64,000 nucleotides of DNA, taken from Bdellovibrionota bacterium FG-1 (GTDB lineage: Bacteria > Bdellovibrionota > UBA1018). The stretch covers positions 2,512-66,511 of the forward strand of contig JBBCAW010000052.1 in assembly GCA_051382295.1 (NCBI GenBank), read 5' to 3'. Position 1 is the stretch's first letter. The number at the start of each line of letters is the position of its first letter. Below, one piece after another: positions 29,763 to 40,386 of the stretch. The position numbers and the translations under genes were made by a program. Under the pieces are notes generated by a model. It made no database searches. It was not told the DNA's origin and saw only the letters and a list, made by a program, of their open reading frames with translations.

Positions 29763-30149
29763 CTAACAACAAGGAGAATCTTTCTTCCAATAGTGTCGAA
29801 GGGCCGTTCCAAAGACCCCACCCTGGATCTTCAAGTCATCCCAAGTAGGTTTGACAAGCCTCCCAATAGCCCCTGACGGGATGGAATGATCTGGTTTTTC
29901 AATCCCAGTCAAAAGTAAAACTGGAATTTGCTGCGCTTCCAGCTCTTTTAAAAGATCCAGACTCGATTCGCCTGGTAAAACCTCATCCAACAGGACCCAA
30001 TCTGGCCTTCGACGGGTTAACTCCCGCCTCGCCTCCCATCCATTTCGAGCGGTACCCGAAACCCGGACCCCCTCCAAGCCGCCCACCACCTGCTCAAGCA
30101 AACTCCGCATCGTATCGACGTCCTCAACGATCAAAATAGCCAAACTCAC
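29763..30149 (-). CDS. Single-domain response regulator
   Basis: ILIVED, LLD, LLT and KP receiver motifs; GTG start overlapping the hemH stop. Confidence 0.8.
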   Translation of the reverse strand: MSLAILIVEDVDTMRSLLEQVVGGLEGVRVSGTARNGWEARRELTRRRPDWVLLDEVLPGESSLDLLKELEAQQIPVLLLTGIEKPDHSIPSGAIGRLVKPTWDDLKIQGGVFGTALRHYWKKDSPCC

Positions 30150-31240
30150 GCCCCGCCTCCGTCTCGATCCTTTAAAACCATTTGAGTTAAGGCATCCGCC
30201 CAAAGATCGGAGGAATTCAACGACGGAATCAAATGCAACTGCTCACCGCCCGCCCTGCGAAACATGTCCTCGCCGCGAATTTTGATTTCTTCAAGCGTTT
30301 CCAAACAATCCGCAACAAAAGCAGGACACATCACCGCCAGGCGCTTCACTCCGCGCGCCGCAAGCTGAGAATACATTTGCTCCGTATAGGGTTGAATCCA
30401 AGGCGTCCGACCCAGTCGAGATTGAAAGCCGATGGAGTACTGATCAGGCGCAAGCTCCAACCTCGAGGCCAAAGCCCTCGCAGTAGCAAAACATTGAGCG
30501 CGATAACAATTTCGATTCGACTCAATTATTTTTTCACAACATGCTTGCCCCACCAGACAATGAGCGCCACTCGAATCCGTCTTTTTGACCTGCCGTTCGG
30601 GCAATCCGTGAAAACTCATCAATAAATGATCGAAATTAAATGAGCGGCGATCCTGACGAGCCACCGCCGCGAAAGCATCCAAAAACAGAGCATCGTCGTA
30701 AAATTCTCGCCGAAAACTCAGTTCTAAACCAGGAGCTACACGACGGGCGATTTGCCGTACCGCTTCACACGAGGACTCAGTGGCCGCCAAAGAGTACTGG
30801 GGATAGAGAGGCCACACCGAAACCTGCCTGATCCCTTCACTTTGAATCCTGAGAAGAGCCCGCTCAATCGAGGGCTGACCATAGCGCATGGCAGAGACCA
30901 CCTTCCAACCACCGGTCGCCCCAAGATCCAATCGCTCTTGAACCTTATCCACCAAGGCATAAAGATGCAAAAGAAGCGGAGATCCCGCATCGGTCCATAT
31001 TTTCTGATAGAGCCGAGCTGATTTTTTTGGACGAGTCCGCAAAATAATTCCATGCACCAACAACCACCGAAGAGGGGCGGAAATATCGATCACATAAGGG
31101 TCCATCAAAAATTCGGCCAGATACTTTTTGACCTTCTCAGGCGTCGGAGCATCGGGCGTGCCCAAATTAATCAAAAGCAAAGCTTTTTTTAAAGATGCAT
31201 CCATGCGGAAAGGCATAACCCACTGCCACTTCCCCCGCAA
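30146..31240 (-). CDS. hemH: Ferrochelatase
   Basis: NLGTP, MRYG, PLYPQY, SFHGLP, FQSR and DCLETLEEI motifs. Confidence 0.96.
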   Translation of the reverse strand: MRGKWQWVMPFRMDASLKKALLLINLGTPDAPTPEKVKKYLAEFLMDPYVIDISAPLRWLLVHGIILRTRPKKSARLYQKIWTDAGSPLLLHLYALVDKVQERLDLGATGGWKVVSAMRYGQPSIERALLRIQSEGIRQVSVWPLYPQYSLAATESSCEAVRQIARRVAPGLELSFRREFYDDALFLDAFAAVARQDRRSFNFDHLLMSFHGLPERQVKKTDSSGAHCLVGQACCEKIIESNRNCYRAQCFATARALASRLELAPDQYSIGFQSRLGRTPWIQPYTEQMYSQLAARGVKRLAVMCPAFVADCLETLEEIKIRGEDMFRRAGGEQLHLIPSLNSSDLWADALTQMVLKDRDGGGA

Positions 31241-31242
31241 CC

Positions 31243-31812
31243 CTAGGTGCGGGGATATTCGATTTCCACAATCTCCAAATCCTCGTCGCCGCGAGGAGTC
31301 CTGAGCGTGACTACTTCACCCACCCGGTGATTCAAAAGCGCTCGAGCCATGGGAGAAATCCAGCTAATTTCGCCCATGCCGGCGTTCGCCTCATCGATGC
31401 CGACAATCCGAAAAACCCGGATTTTTTCAGAATCCTCATCGCGAACAGTGACCCGCGCCCCAAATAAAACCAATTCAGAATTTTGGGTGCTGGAATCGAT
31501 AATCTCAATCGCTTCGAGTCTTTTGGACAAAAATCGAATTCGCCGGTCAATCTCCCGGAGTCGTTTTTTGCCGTAAATATAGTCTCCGTTTTCGGAGCGA
31601 TCCCCATTCGAGGCCGCCCAAGTCACCGTCCGCACCAAACTAGGCCGCTCCTCATAGAGCAATTGATGTAACTCCGCCTTCAGACGCGCAGCCCCCGCCG
31701 GGGTAATGTAGTTTTTGCTCCCTGGAGGGATCGCGGTGCCCGCCGCCTGCTCGTCAGCTAGATCGGCCGCATCATCTTGTTCGTCGTTTTCTTTAGTAAA
31801 GGCTTTGGACAT
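31243..31812 (-). CDS. greB: Transcription elongation factor GreB
   Basis: WAASNGDRSENGDYIYGKKRLREIDRRIRFL. Confidence 0.95.
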   Translation of the reverse strand: MSKAFTKENDEQDDAADLADEQAAGTAIPPGSKNYITPAGAARLKAELHQLLYEERPSLVRTVTWAASNGDRSENGDYIYGKKRLREIDRRIRFLSKRLEAIEIIDSSTQNSELVLFGARVTVRDEDSEKIRVFRIVGIDEANAGMGEISWISPMARALLNHRVGEVVTLRTPRGDEDLEIVEIEYPRT

Positions 31813-33164
31813 CAGGCGGTCTCCTGACCAATATCGAGGTAGACTTCTTTGGTATCGTCGTTGTAGCCAAAATACTCGGCAAAGCGACCCCAGGAAACCA
31901 GCGCCTCAACGATCTCATGGGGGTTTTCATTGGGCAACCACTCCCCTACTCGATCCGTGAGAGCCTCAATAGGAACACGCAGGTTGTCTTCCTTTCGTAA
32001 AAAATTAGTGGTCATCTGCACGACCCGTAAAGCACCAAACAACTCATGAAGCATTCGTTTACGAACATTGATGTCTCCATCCACGAAATGCTTTCCCAGC
32101 TGAGTCAAAAGGACCCTTTGCTTGGGGGTTTCAACCAGTTCAAGCAGCTCCGCGCCTTTGACCAAATAGAGGGTTCGGCCAAACTCTTTACCCGTCGAAT
32201 GAGCCAACTCAAAAATATCAGCCTGCCCACCTTGGTCAGAAATCGCCTCCAAAAGTCCAATCATCTCAGTAATCTGAACATTGGGGAGCGACTCAATGGG
32301 AGGTTCCTTATAAGGGACCGCAAAGGTCCCCGCCGGCTGCTGTCGAGAGGCCGCCGCTGCGGCCAATTCTTGAGGCGTAGGGACGTCCGGCATAATCGCT
32401 TCGGTGATGAGCGCGTGAATCTGCTGAACCATTCGCCGAAAGGGGGCAGATTGATCATCGCGAGGATAAGGCAGATCGTTTAAGATTTCTCTTCGAATAT
32501 GGCCAGGGTTCACCCCCATAATTAAAATTCGACGCGCCATAAATACGGCTTCCTGAATATTATGAGTCACCAAAACCATCGAGCGCGTGGCCGTCTTGTT
32601 ATCCAAAAAGATCTTAACCATTTCGGCACGGAGGGTGTCCGCGGTCAAAACATCCAGCGCACTGAAGGGTTCATCCAAAAAAAGCACCGGCCGTTCCATA
32701 ACCAGAGCCCGCGCGATCCCCACCCGCTGCTTCATCCCCCCCGAAAGCTCTCGGGGATAAGCCTCTTCAAAACCCTCCAATCCAACGAGATCAATAGCCT
32801 TTTTAACTCGAGAACGCGCATCCGCTGGGGTTAAATGGAAAGGTTTGAGCGCTAATTCAATATTGGTGTAAACGGTTTCCCACGGAAAAAGTGCGAACGA
32901 CTGAAAGACCAACGACACATTCAGATTAATCCCAGTCAGAGGACGTCCCCGTGAACTCACCTCGCCCCCCGTGGCTTCGGTCAAACCGCTCATGATCCGC
33001 AAACAAGTGGACTTTCCTGAGCCTGAAGGCCCGAGGAGCGCCACCACTTCACTTTCGCCCACCGCGACATTCACATCCCGCAAAACCCGAAGCTCGTTTC
33101 CACTTTCAAGCGTGTAAACTTTGTCCACATGCTTGAGCTCGATCAGCGGATCATTTTCACTCAT
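31812..33164 (-). CDS. NitT/TauT-family ABC transporter ATP-binding protein with C-terminal AAA-associated domain
   Basis: GPSGSGKST, LSGGMKQRV, LDEPF, and C-terminal WGRFAE. Confidence 0.9.
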   Translation of the reverse strand: MSENDPLIELKHVDKVYTLESGNELRVLRDVNVAVGESEVVALLGPSGSGKSTCLRIMSGLTEATGGEVSSRGRPLTGINLNVSLVFQSFALFPWETVYTNIELALKPFHLTPADARSRVKKAIDLVGLEGFEEAYPRELSGGMKQRVGIARALVMERPVLFLDEPFSALDVLTADTLRAEMVKIFLDNKTATRSMVLVTHNIQEAVFMARRILIMGVNPGHIRREILNDLPYPRDDQSAPFRRMVQQIHALITEAIMPDVPTPQELAAAAASRQQPAGTFAVPYKEPPIESLPNVQITEMIGLLEAISDQGGQADIFELAHSTGKEFGRTLYLVKGAELLELVETPKQRVLLTQLGKHFVDGDINVRKRMLHELFGALRVVQMTTNFLRKEDNLRVPIEALTDRVGEWLPNENPHEIVEALVSWGRFAEYFGYNDDTKEVYLDIGQETA

Positions 33165-34990
33165 GACAAATCCATTCTGAAGCGAGTTTGAGCCAGCCGA
33201 TAAACGGGAGCCCAAAGCACGCGATTGAAAAAGATCACCACAAAAACCATCAAAGTAAGACTGGCGGCCAGGGTTCTGAAGTCGCCACTCGCCGTGGCCG
33301 TGCTAATGCTCGCACCTAAGCCGCTGGTCCGCAGCGCATGCCCCCGAAAAGGAACTATTTCCGCCACCATGCTCGCGTTCCACGCCCCCCCTGCCGCGGT
33401 CACCCAACCCGTCACCAAAGCCGGAAACACACTGGGCAGATAAAGCATGCGCCATTGCAACCACCGAGGAGTTTCCATCAATTCGAGCGCATATTTAAGT
33501 TCGCGCGGCACCCGCATGGCCCCCGCCAAAACATTGAAAAGAATGTACCACTGGACCCCCAACATCATGAGAAACATGGACCCCCAGTCAAAATTGATTC
33601 CTAGCAGAAAAAAAATTCCTAGGGCTAACGGATAGAGCATGGGCGCCGGAAAGGAGGCCAGAACCTGAATCAAAGGTTGCGCCAACCGCATGCGCCGCGC
33701 ATTGATTCCTAACCAAATCCCCACAGGAACCGCCCAAAGGGTGCTCAAACCCAGGGCAATCATCACCCGCATCAAGGTCCAAAAGGTATTTCTGATCAAG
33801 ACCACCCAGGTTGCCACGGACACGGTCAGGAGCACCTTTAATAACGACCAGGCGCCATACAGGAGCGCACACAACACGAGCAAGCCCAATAAACGTTCTA
33901 ACCCTCGCATCAGCCAAGGGTCATGACGGGTCCTGGCAATTTTTTTGAGCAATAAGCGCATCCGCGCCGAGTCCAGAGGGCCCAGCTCGGGATCAAACAC
34001 ATCGATTGACGCAATCGTTGACGTTTCCAGGGAGATTTTCGCCTTGGCTGATGAATCTAAAAGCCCTACGCGCGCTGCCAACGCCCGTCGCGCGCCTCGC
34101 CACCTCCGCCACTCGATTTCTAACCATCGAATGATTTTGGATTCTCTCAGCATGATCGACATCAGCGGCGGATCTCCTAACCCGCCCTGCACCTCTTCGA
34201 GCCTAAATCGTTGCACCCAAGAAAGAACGGGGCGCCAAAAGAAAAAATCCATGGAGATGATCAGCCCCATCATGGCCAAAACCCCCAACACCATGGCCCG
34301 GCGATTGTCCTGCGAAATAGCCACCGCCATATACGCCCCCACTCCGGGCAGGCGGTATTCTCGGTCGCCAAACTTAGAGGCCTCACAGACATTCAAAAAG
34401 AACCACCCCCCCGCCATGGACATTAAACTATTCCAGGCCAAGTTGACCGCCGAATAGGGAAGTTCGACCTTAACGAGACGTTGCCACCAGCTCAAGCCGA
34501 TCACGGTCGCGGCTTCGGTCAAATCCGTCGGAACCGACTTCAGCGAGGCGTAATAGCTGAAGGTCATATTCCAGACCTGACCAGTAAAAATCATCAAAAT
34601 GGCGGCAAGCTCAATTCCAGTATTACTATGGGGGAACAAAGCGATCAACGCGAGTAACAGGCCCGGTAAAAAGCCCAAGACCGGAATACTCTGCAAAATA
34701 TCTAGCATCGGTATAATAAAACGTTCAGCCTGCCGGTTCTTTGCCGCAATAAAACCGACCACCAGCGTAAAGGCCAATGAAATTAAATAGGCAACCGTGC
34801 CCCGAATGCCGGAAAGCAAGGTGTAATACAGTAATGAGCCCACCGACAAACTAATATTCGTCACCGGGTTGTATTCGGCCCGCCACTCTCGCCCAATAGA
34901 CACCAAGCCATAAATCGCCGTACCGACCAAAAAACAAATGATCAGATCCGGAATCGAAAAATATTTCTTAGCGAATACTGTGCGTTGCAT
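33161..34990 (-). CDS. NitT/TauT-family ABC transporter permease (duplicated)
   Basis: DILQSIPVLGF, WNSLMSMAGGWFF and GGAWNAS motifs. Confidence 0.9.
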   Translation of the reverse strand: MQRTVFAKKYFSIPDLIICFLVGTAIYGLVSIGREWRAEYNPVTNISLSVGSLLYYTLLSGIRGTVAYLISLAFTLVVGFIAAKNRQAERFIIPMLDILQSIPVLGFLPGLLLALIALFPHSNTGIELAAILMIFTGQVWNMTFSYYASLKSVPTDLTEAATVIGLSWWQRLVKVELPYSAVNLAWNSLMSMAGGWFFLNVCEASKFGDREYRLPGVGAYMAVAISQDNRRAMVLGVLAMMGLIISMDFFFWRPVLSWVQRFRLEEVQGGLGDPPLMSIMLRESKIIRWLEIEWRRWRGARRALAARVGLLDSSAKAKISLETSTIASIDVFDPELGPLDSARMRLLLKKIARTRHDPWLMRGLERLLGLLVLCALLYGAWSLLKVLLTVSVATWVVLIRNTFWTLMRVMIALGLSTLWAVPVGIWLGINARRMRLAQPLIQVLASFPAPMLYPLALGIFFLLGINFDWGSMFLMMLGVQWYILFNVLAGAMRVPRELKYALELMETPRWLQWRMLYLPSVFPALVTGWVTAAGGAWNASMVAEIVPFRGHALRTSGLGASISTATASGDFRTLAASLTLMVFVVIFFNRVLWAPVYRLAQTRFRMDLS

Positions 34991-35003
34991 GAATCAATAT
35001 CAA

Positions 35004-35477
35004 TCACTGCTTTTCGAGCACATCTAACATCGCGTTGATCGCCTGTCCCACCTCTTGAAAATCATCATGGGGGCGCAAATGAACTCGTGCTCTCACATCC
35101 CCCCCCCGAACAGCATCACAGACCCGCCGAATATGAAACATCGGCCCCGCCGCGCGATGCGAAAAGACCAGACCGACCACGCTGGTCACCAGCAAAAATG
35201 AGGCACTCCCCCCCAATAAAAAACCCACGATTTGATGAAGCTCATGATAAAGCTGCCCCTTGGCTTCGTCCGTCATCGGACTAAGCTCCACCAAGAGCGC
35301 ATAGTTTTCGCGGGTAAAAAGGTAAAATATCGTTGCATTAATGGCGACCAATGCCAACCCAGTCAGCGTCACCCAAAAAATATACCGCCCCTGAAACTGG
35401 GGATTGATCCAATAATTACGAAGATGCCTGCGATTTCTTATTTTGCCGTGAGAGTTGATTTCGGACATTGTGGACAC
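35004..35477 (-). CDS. Two-TM membrane protein with HAMP-like C-terminus
   Basis: FQ-x-R-Y, SHR-x-AGP and LR-x-x-D-x-F-x-E motifs. Confidence 0.65.
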   Translation of the reverse strand: MSTMSEINSHGKIRNRRHLRNYWINPQFQGRYIFWVTLTGLALVAINATIFYLFTRENYALLVELSPMTDEAKGQLYHELHQIVGFLLGGSASFLLVTSVVGLVFSHRAAGPMFHIRRVCDAVRGGDVRARVHLRPHDDFQEVGQAINAMLDVLEKQ

Positions 35478-35794
35478 CCCGCTTTTTTAAATTCATCGAG
35501 CTTGGAAGACCGATTATTGCTCGCGGCCTCAACCCGAGCTGACAGCACCACTAAATTCGAGGAAATCTTGATTCTTTGGGAGGCCGCCTCGGTCGAAATT
35601 TTTTGAAACAGCTCTTTATTCATACTCAAGAGTTGACTCAATTTTTCATGCTGTTTATTCAAAGCAATCCATTCACCCGCATATTTTCGACACATATCAC
35701 AATCAGGAGAAGCCTGTGCAGAAGAATTGCGCACTAAAAATGCAAACGCCATTAACCCGAACAGCCGATAGCCTCTCAAAAAATTCAATTTCAT
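35438..35794 (-). CDS. Small secreted helical protein with two CxxC motifs
   Basis: Signal peptide; CDMC and CPQC. Confidence 0.55.
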   Translation of the reverse strand: MKLNFLRGYRLFGLMAFAFLVRNSSAQASPDCDMCRKYAGEWIALNKQHEKLSQLLSMNKELFQKISTEAASQRIKISSNLVVLSARVEAASNNRSSKLDEFKKAGCPQCPKSTLTAK

Positions 35795-35971
35795 AACACT
35801 CCCAAGGGTGACCTGATTTTTCTAGTTTGCCCGAGACCAATCCTCCCGTCCAGTCCCTTAAATAACCTGTTTTGACCGGGAAATTTATGCCTATCCTTTA
35901 TTTAAAAAATAGAGTTTTTCCGTTTCTGTCCGGATTTTTTCATCCTACACTGAAGACTAAGGACTCCTGAC

Positions 35972-37384
35972 TTGATGAACTGGCCCTATCGCTCCCTCAT
36001 CAGCGCCCTGATGGTTTTCGCGCTCACCGCCCAGGCGCAACCACGGGCGCCGTTACCCACGCCGCAACCTGCGCAAAAACTAGGCGCTGAACCCCTGACC
36101 CTTGAAAAAGCGATCAAACGGGCCGTCGCCAATAACCGCCCCATGCAGGCCCAACGCTTAAGTCTCAGATCCTCAGAGATCGGCTATGATAACGCCTGGG
36201 ATCAGATGTTTATGCCAGGGATCGCCCTCAGATTAAATTCGACCTCGACTTATACGGTAGGCCATCTTCCCGGAGACCTGCACACTGCCCAGGGCAACGC
36301 CACTGACCTGCATGGCTACCCTGCCTCATCCGCAGGATTGACTTTGGGCAGTTACACGCTTTTCAATTTTTGGCGCGACTGGAATGCCTACGAACAGGCC
36401 CGCCTAGATTGGACGCGCACTAAAGAAATGTTTAGCGAAAGCGTGAGACAGTTGCGCTTTCAGGTCACCACCCAGTTTTTTACCCTCAAAATCGAGCAGG
36501 AAAAAGTCGATGCGGGAAAGCGCTCCGTCGATATTGCCGAGGCCATTGTAGAACTCGTCAAATCCCGCGTTAAAAAGGGGAGCGCGACGGAATCCGATGT
36601 CTCCTCGGCGACCGTTGATCTACTCAACTCCCAAAACGACCTTGGGTCTCGCATGACCGCCGCGAAAATGGCACTTTGGACTTTAAATCAGACCTTAGGA
36701 GACCCCATCGATACGCTCTATGCCGTGCAAGGCGCTATTCAATTCGTCCCGCTCAAACTCACGCCTGATCAAGCCCTTAAGATCTATATGGATCAATCGC
36801 CCAGCATGAAGAATGCAAAAAAAGACCTCAAAAAGGCCGACCTTTCCGTCGAAGTCGCTGAAAAAAGCCAACTCCCCCTTCCGACGATTTCCTTTAGTGG
36901 CATCACCGTCGGATACACCAATGGTTATTATGGAAGTGGTCATGAATACACCTCGGGCAGCGGCGTCAACCTCGACGTTTCGGCCGGAATCAGTCTTTCC
37001 ATCCCTATCCTAGGACCCGGGGGATTCTTAGGCTCCCGCAATGTCGAATCGGCCCGCATCAGCCGCACTCAAACCGAACTCAACTATCAAGAAACCGGAA
37101 ATCGTGACGCCGTCAATATCTATAACGCCATTTACCGAATTCAACGAACGGAAGAGGCCATTGCGAATAATAAACAAACCTTTGAGCGAAGTACGGCCCT
37201 TTTGGATAGTCTAGTGGGTAAACTTTCTTCTGAAACCACTTCCCGGCTTGAGATCCGCGATGCGATCAACCAGGCCCGCTCCAGTGAAATTCAGCTACTG
37301 GATACCAACCTAGGCCACCTCAACGACAAACTGGGACTCGCGGCCTTGATCGGTCTTGACCACCTCCCGGGAGACCCTTACTGA
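35972..37384 (+). CDS. TolC-family outer membrane protein
   Basis: Signal peptide, LTLEKAI start, two OEP-like helical repeats. Confidence 0.82.
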   Translation: MMNWPYRSLISALMVFALTAQAQPRAPLPTPQPAQKLGAEPLTLEKAIKRAVANNRPMQAQRLSLRSSEIGYDNAWDQMFMPGIALRLNSTSTYTVGHLPGDLHTAQGNATDLHGYPASSAGLTLGSYTLFNFWRDWNAYEQARLDWTRTKEMFSESVRQLRFQVTTQFFTLKIEQEKVDAGKRSVDIAEAIVELVKSRVKKGSATESDVSSATVDLLNSQNDLGSRMTAAKMALWTLNQTLGDPIDTLYAVQGAIQFVPLKLTPDQALKIYMDQSPSMKNAKKDLKKADLSVEVAEKSQLPLPTISFSGITVGYTNGYYGSGHEYTSGSGVNLDVSAGISLSIPILGPGGFLGSRNVESARISRTQTELNYQETGNRDAVNIYNAIYRIQRTEEAIANNKQTFERSTALLDSLVGKLSSETTSRLEIRDAINQARSSEIQLLDTNLGHLNDKLGLAALIGLDHLPGDPY

Positions 37385-38100
37385 TGATGTCACTCAAAGG
37401 GCACAAGATCCGCTGCAGGGTAGGCCTGGTGCTTTGCGCATTCCTTGTTTTTCAAACTTCCCCCGTCTGGGCAATCGGAAAAAATACCAGTTTCACTCCC
37501 CCGCAAGGCATTTATAGCATCCCCGTCCAACGAGGTTGGATGACGTCGCTGGAGGTGAATGGCCTTTTAGGTGCGCACCCCGGGGGGCACCAAGGCTTTG
37601 CGACCGCTGTTCGGCTTCAAAGGGAATTTGTGGGACTCAGCTTGAGTTTGAACTATGGAAAAGCTATTTATGGCGACATTTCGGCGATGCCCGACCCTTC
37701 AGACTTCAACGGCACAGCCTCCTCGTCTAACTTTGATGCCGAAATCAATCGCGCCAGGAGTGGCAGCGACAAATGGAATTATTGGATCATCGAACCGGAG
37801 ATTTTCATTTCCGGCAGGCTTTCCCCTGATTTGCTTCCACTTCTTTGTGAACGCGGCCGTTTTGGCTTAGGTTTTGGGCATTTTAACGACACGATCAACA
37901 GCCTGACCTTTTCGGGCACGACGTTTTCGTACCACTTTGAGCTCGGATTGCGCTTAGGCATTCATAGCCGCTGGATTCTCTGGGCCGGCCTAGGCCACGA
38001 AGCCGGAAGCCTACTGGCCAGCAACGGTCATGGCGAATCCACCGATCGGCTCCCCATTTCGTGGCTATCCGAGACTTTAGCCCTCGGCTTTTCGTTCTAA
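37384..38100 (+). CDS. Hypothetical outer-membrane beta-barrel-like protein
   Basis: Signal peptide, amphipathic strands, C-terminal LGFSF. Confidence 0.55.
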   Translation: MMSLKGHKIRCRVGLVLCAFLVFQTSPVWAIGKNTSFTPPQGIYSIPVQRGWMTSLEVNGLLGAHPGGHQGFATAVRLQREFVGLSLSLNYGKAIYGDISAMPDPSDFNGTASSSNFDAEINRARSGSDKWNYWIIEPEIFISGRLSPDLLPLLCERGRFGLGFGHFNDTINSLTFSGTTFSYHFELGLRLGIHSRWILWAGLGHEAGSLLASNGHGESTDRLPISWLSETLALGFSF

Positions 38101-38119
38101 ACCGGCTAAAAAGGGCCTT

Positions 38120-39109
38120 ATGTCTCAGACGAAACCCCTCTTTCCTATGCTTGTGACCGGAGCGGCCGGTTTTATTGGCAGTACCTTTGTACGATCTTGT
38201 GCCGATCAAGGACGCGCTGTCATTTCAGTCGATCGACGTTCTCATTTTGCGGACCGCCCTGAGCACCAGGACATCGACTTTGGCACCATCATTGATCGGG
38301 ACGAACTGTTCAGCTGGCTAGACAACGCACAGCCTCGGCTCTCGGCCATTGTGCACATCGGCGCCTGCTCCAACACGACCGAAACGGATGAGGCCTTTTT
38401 ACGGAGAAACAATGTCGAATATTCGCAAAGGCTTTGGGAGTATGCGAGAATCCACAAACTTCCCTTCGTTTATGCCAGTAGCGCAGCGACTTATGGGGAT
38501 GGAAGCCTCGGTTACGACGATGACGAATCCCGCCTCCCTGCGCTTCAACCGCTGAATCTTTATGGCTGCTCCAAACATCTCTTTGATATCTGGGCACTGG
38601 AGCAAGAGCAAAAGGGCCAACACCCTCCGATTTGGTCGGGCTTCAAATTTTTCAATGTTTATGGATTTGGCGAGCGCCACAAAAAAGCCATGGCCAGCGT
38701 GATTCTTCACGCGTTTGATCAGCTTCAAGCCACCGGCAAACTCAAGCTTTTCAGGAGTCATCGCACCGACATTCTGGACGGCCACCAAAGTCGCGACTTT
38801 GTTCATGTCGATGATGTCGTGAAAGTACTCCATTTCGCTCTAGAAAAACCCATCCTCCGGGGAATTTACAACCTCGGGACCGGACAGGCGCGCACGTTTT
38901 TGGACCTAGGGCGCGCTGTTTTTTCTGCCTTGGAAATACCTGAGCAAATTGAATTCATCGATACTCCCCTCCAACTCCGAGATAAATATCAATACTTTAC
39001 TGAGGCCCGGATGAACCGTCTCAGGGCACAGGGCTATGCGCAGCCCTTTATTCCTTTCGAAAAAGGAACTCAGGAATATATCGGGAGACTGAAAAAACAG
39101 TTGCACTAA
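38120..39109 (+). CDS. hldD: ADP-L-glycero-D-manno-heptose 6-epimerase
   Basis: VTGAAGFIGS, GACS-x-TTE, YASSAATYG, PLNLYG-x-SK and YQYFTEA motifs. Confidence 0.93.
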   Translation: MSQTKPLFPMLVTGAAGFIGSTFVRSCADQGRAVISVDRRSHFADRPEHQDIDFGTIIDRDELFSWLDNAQPRLSAIVHIGACSNTTETDEAFLRRNNVEYSQRLWEYARIHKLPFVYASSAATYGDGSLGYDDDESRLPALQPLNLYGCSKHLFDIWALEQEQKGQHPPIWSGFKFFNVYGFGERHKKAMASVILHAFDQLQATGKLKLFRSHRTDILDGHQSRDFVHVDDVVKVLHFALEKPILRGIYNLGTGQARTFLDLGRAVFSALEIPEQIEFIDTPLQLRDKYQYFTEARMNRLRAQGYAQPFIPFEKGTQEYIGRLKKQLH

Positions 39110-39154
39110 ATGACGCCTTGCATTATCTCCTTTTCTATTCAGGAGAATCGTCCC

Positions 39155-39982
39155 ATGCAAAGAACTGTTTTAAACCTATCGTTAGCGTTTGGCCTCATGG
39201 TTTTAAGCCCCCTTCATGCTCAGGCTGATTGCCGTGCCAATCCCTGCGGCGAAAACGTTGCGGGACGTCGACACACCAATGGAGGGGGCTTCGTGGCTGA
39301 CACCGCTCGGGTTGATGCGACCGCTTTTGTGGGTCCGACGGCCAACGTCTGCGCCCGCGCTCGAGTCTTAGAGAATGCCGCGGTCAAAGATTGCGCAATT
39401 ATCGACGACGACGCCGTTGTCTATGGTCATGCCGTGGTCGACGACTTTGCGGTGATCCAGGGACAGGCGAGGGTTGCTGATTATGCTGGGGTCCATGGCA
39501 CTTCCTTTGTTCAGGATAATGCCAAACTTTGGAACAAAGCCGCCCTTTTTGGGGGAGCCTTGGTCGGTGGCAATGCCCAAGTCTATGGTCTAGCTCAGAT
39601 CTCCGGAACTGCCCATATCATTGAAAACGCATCGGTTTTTGGCCAAGCTGCCGTTTCGGACTCGGCCCTCGTCTTTGGCTCCGCGACGATTGCTGACACC
39701 CGCCCCTCGATCGCCCTTTATCACAATACAAAAGTGACGGGTGATTCGCAGATCTCTGGAACGGCTAAGATTCTCGATGGTGCAAGCACGTGGAACTATG
39801 CTCGAGTCTTTGAAAATGCCACTATTACGGGCGAATCAACGATTGGCTGCAATGCCTGGGCGTATGGCAATGCTTACATCGACAATAAGAGCAACATTAG
39901 CGGAGATGCCCGAGTCGGAGGGGGTTTTCACACCTCGCACGACGTGGTCGAACGCGACATTCACACCATCAGTTTGCAGTGA
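39155..39982 (+). CDS. Secreted left-handed beta-helix (hexapeptide repeat) protein
   Basis: Signal peptide (AQA), RHTNGGGFVA cap, many A-x-V-x-G/D-N hexapeptides; AGGAG RBS. Confidence 0.75.
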   Translation: MQRTVLNLSLAFGLMVLSPLHAQADCRANPCGENVAGRRHTNGGGFVADTARVDATAFVGPTANVCARARVLENAAVKDCAIIDDDAVVYGHAVVDDFAVIQGQARVADYAGVHGTSFVQDNAKLWNKAALFGGALVGGNAQVYGLAQISGTAHIIENASVFGQAAVSDSALVFGSATIADTRPSIALYHNTKVTGDSQISGTAKILDGASTWNYARVFENATITGESTIGCNAWAYGNAYIDNKSNISGDARVGGGFHTSHDVVERDIHTISLQ

Positions 39983-40099
39983 GCTGCATAACGTACTTGT
40001 CATTTCGCCGGCTTTTTTGTATGCCCACTAGCGAACCGGCCCTGGCTCAAAGCCAGAATCCTTGAATTAAACAATGGTCGGTGATTGAAAGGAAGCCAC

Positions 40100-40381
40100 A
40101 TGGCAAATACTAGACAGTCGACAAAACGTGCCGCTCAAGGCGTAAAACGCCAAACCCGCAACGTCACCATTCGCAGTATTACGCGTACCGCTCTCCGCAA
40201 CGCTCTCACTGCGATCCAAGAAAAAGACGTAGCCAAAGCGCAAGCCGCTTATAAAACGGCAGTAAAAGCCCTCAGCAAAGCTGCCTCCAAAGGTGGAATT
40301 CCACAGGGCCGCGCTGCTCGCAAGATCAGCCGCTTGACCCACTTTGCGAAAAAAGCTCTCCCATCCATTCTCGGAAAGTAA
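40100..40381 (+). CDS. rpsT: 30S ribosomal protein S20
   Basis: MAN-x-x-x-x-x-KR...RN...S-x-x-RT...KAASKG...AARKISRL. Confidence 0.93.
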   Translation: MANTRQSTKRAAQGVKRQTRNVTIRSITRTALRNALTAIQEKDVAKAQAAYKTAVKALSKAASKGGIPQGRAARKISRLTHFAKKALPSILGK

Positions 40382-40386
40382 TTAGC

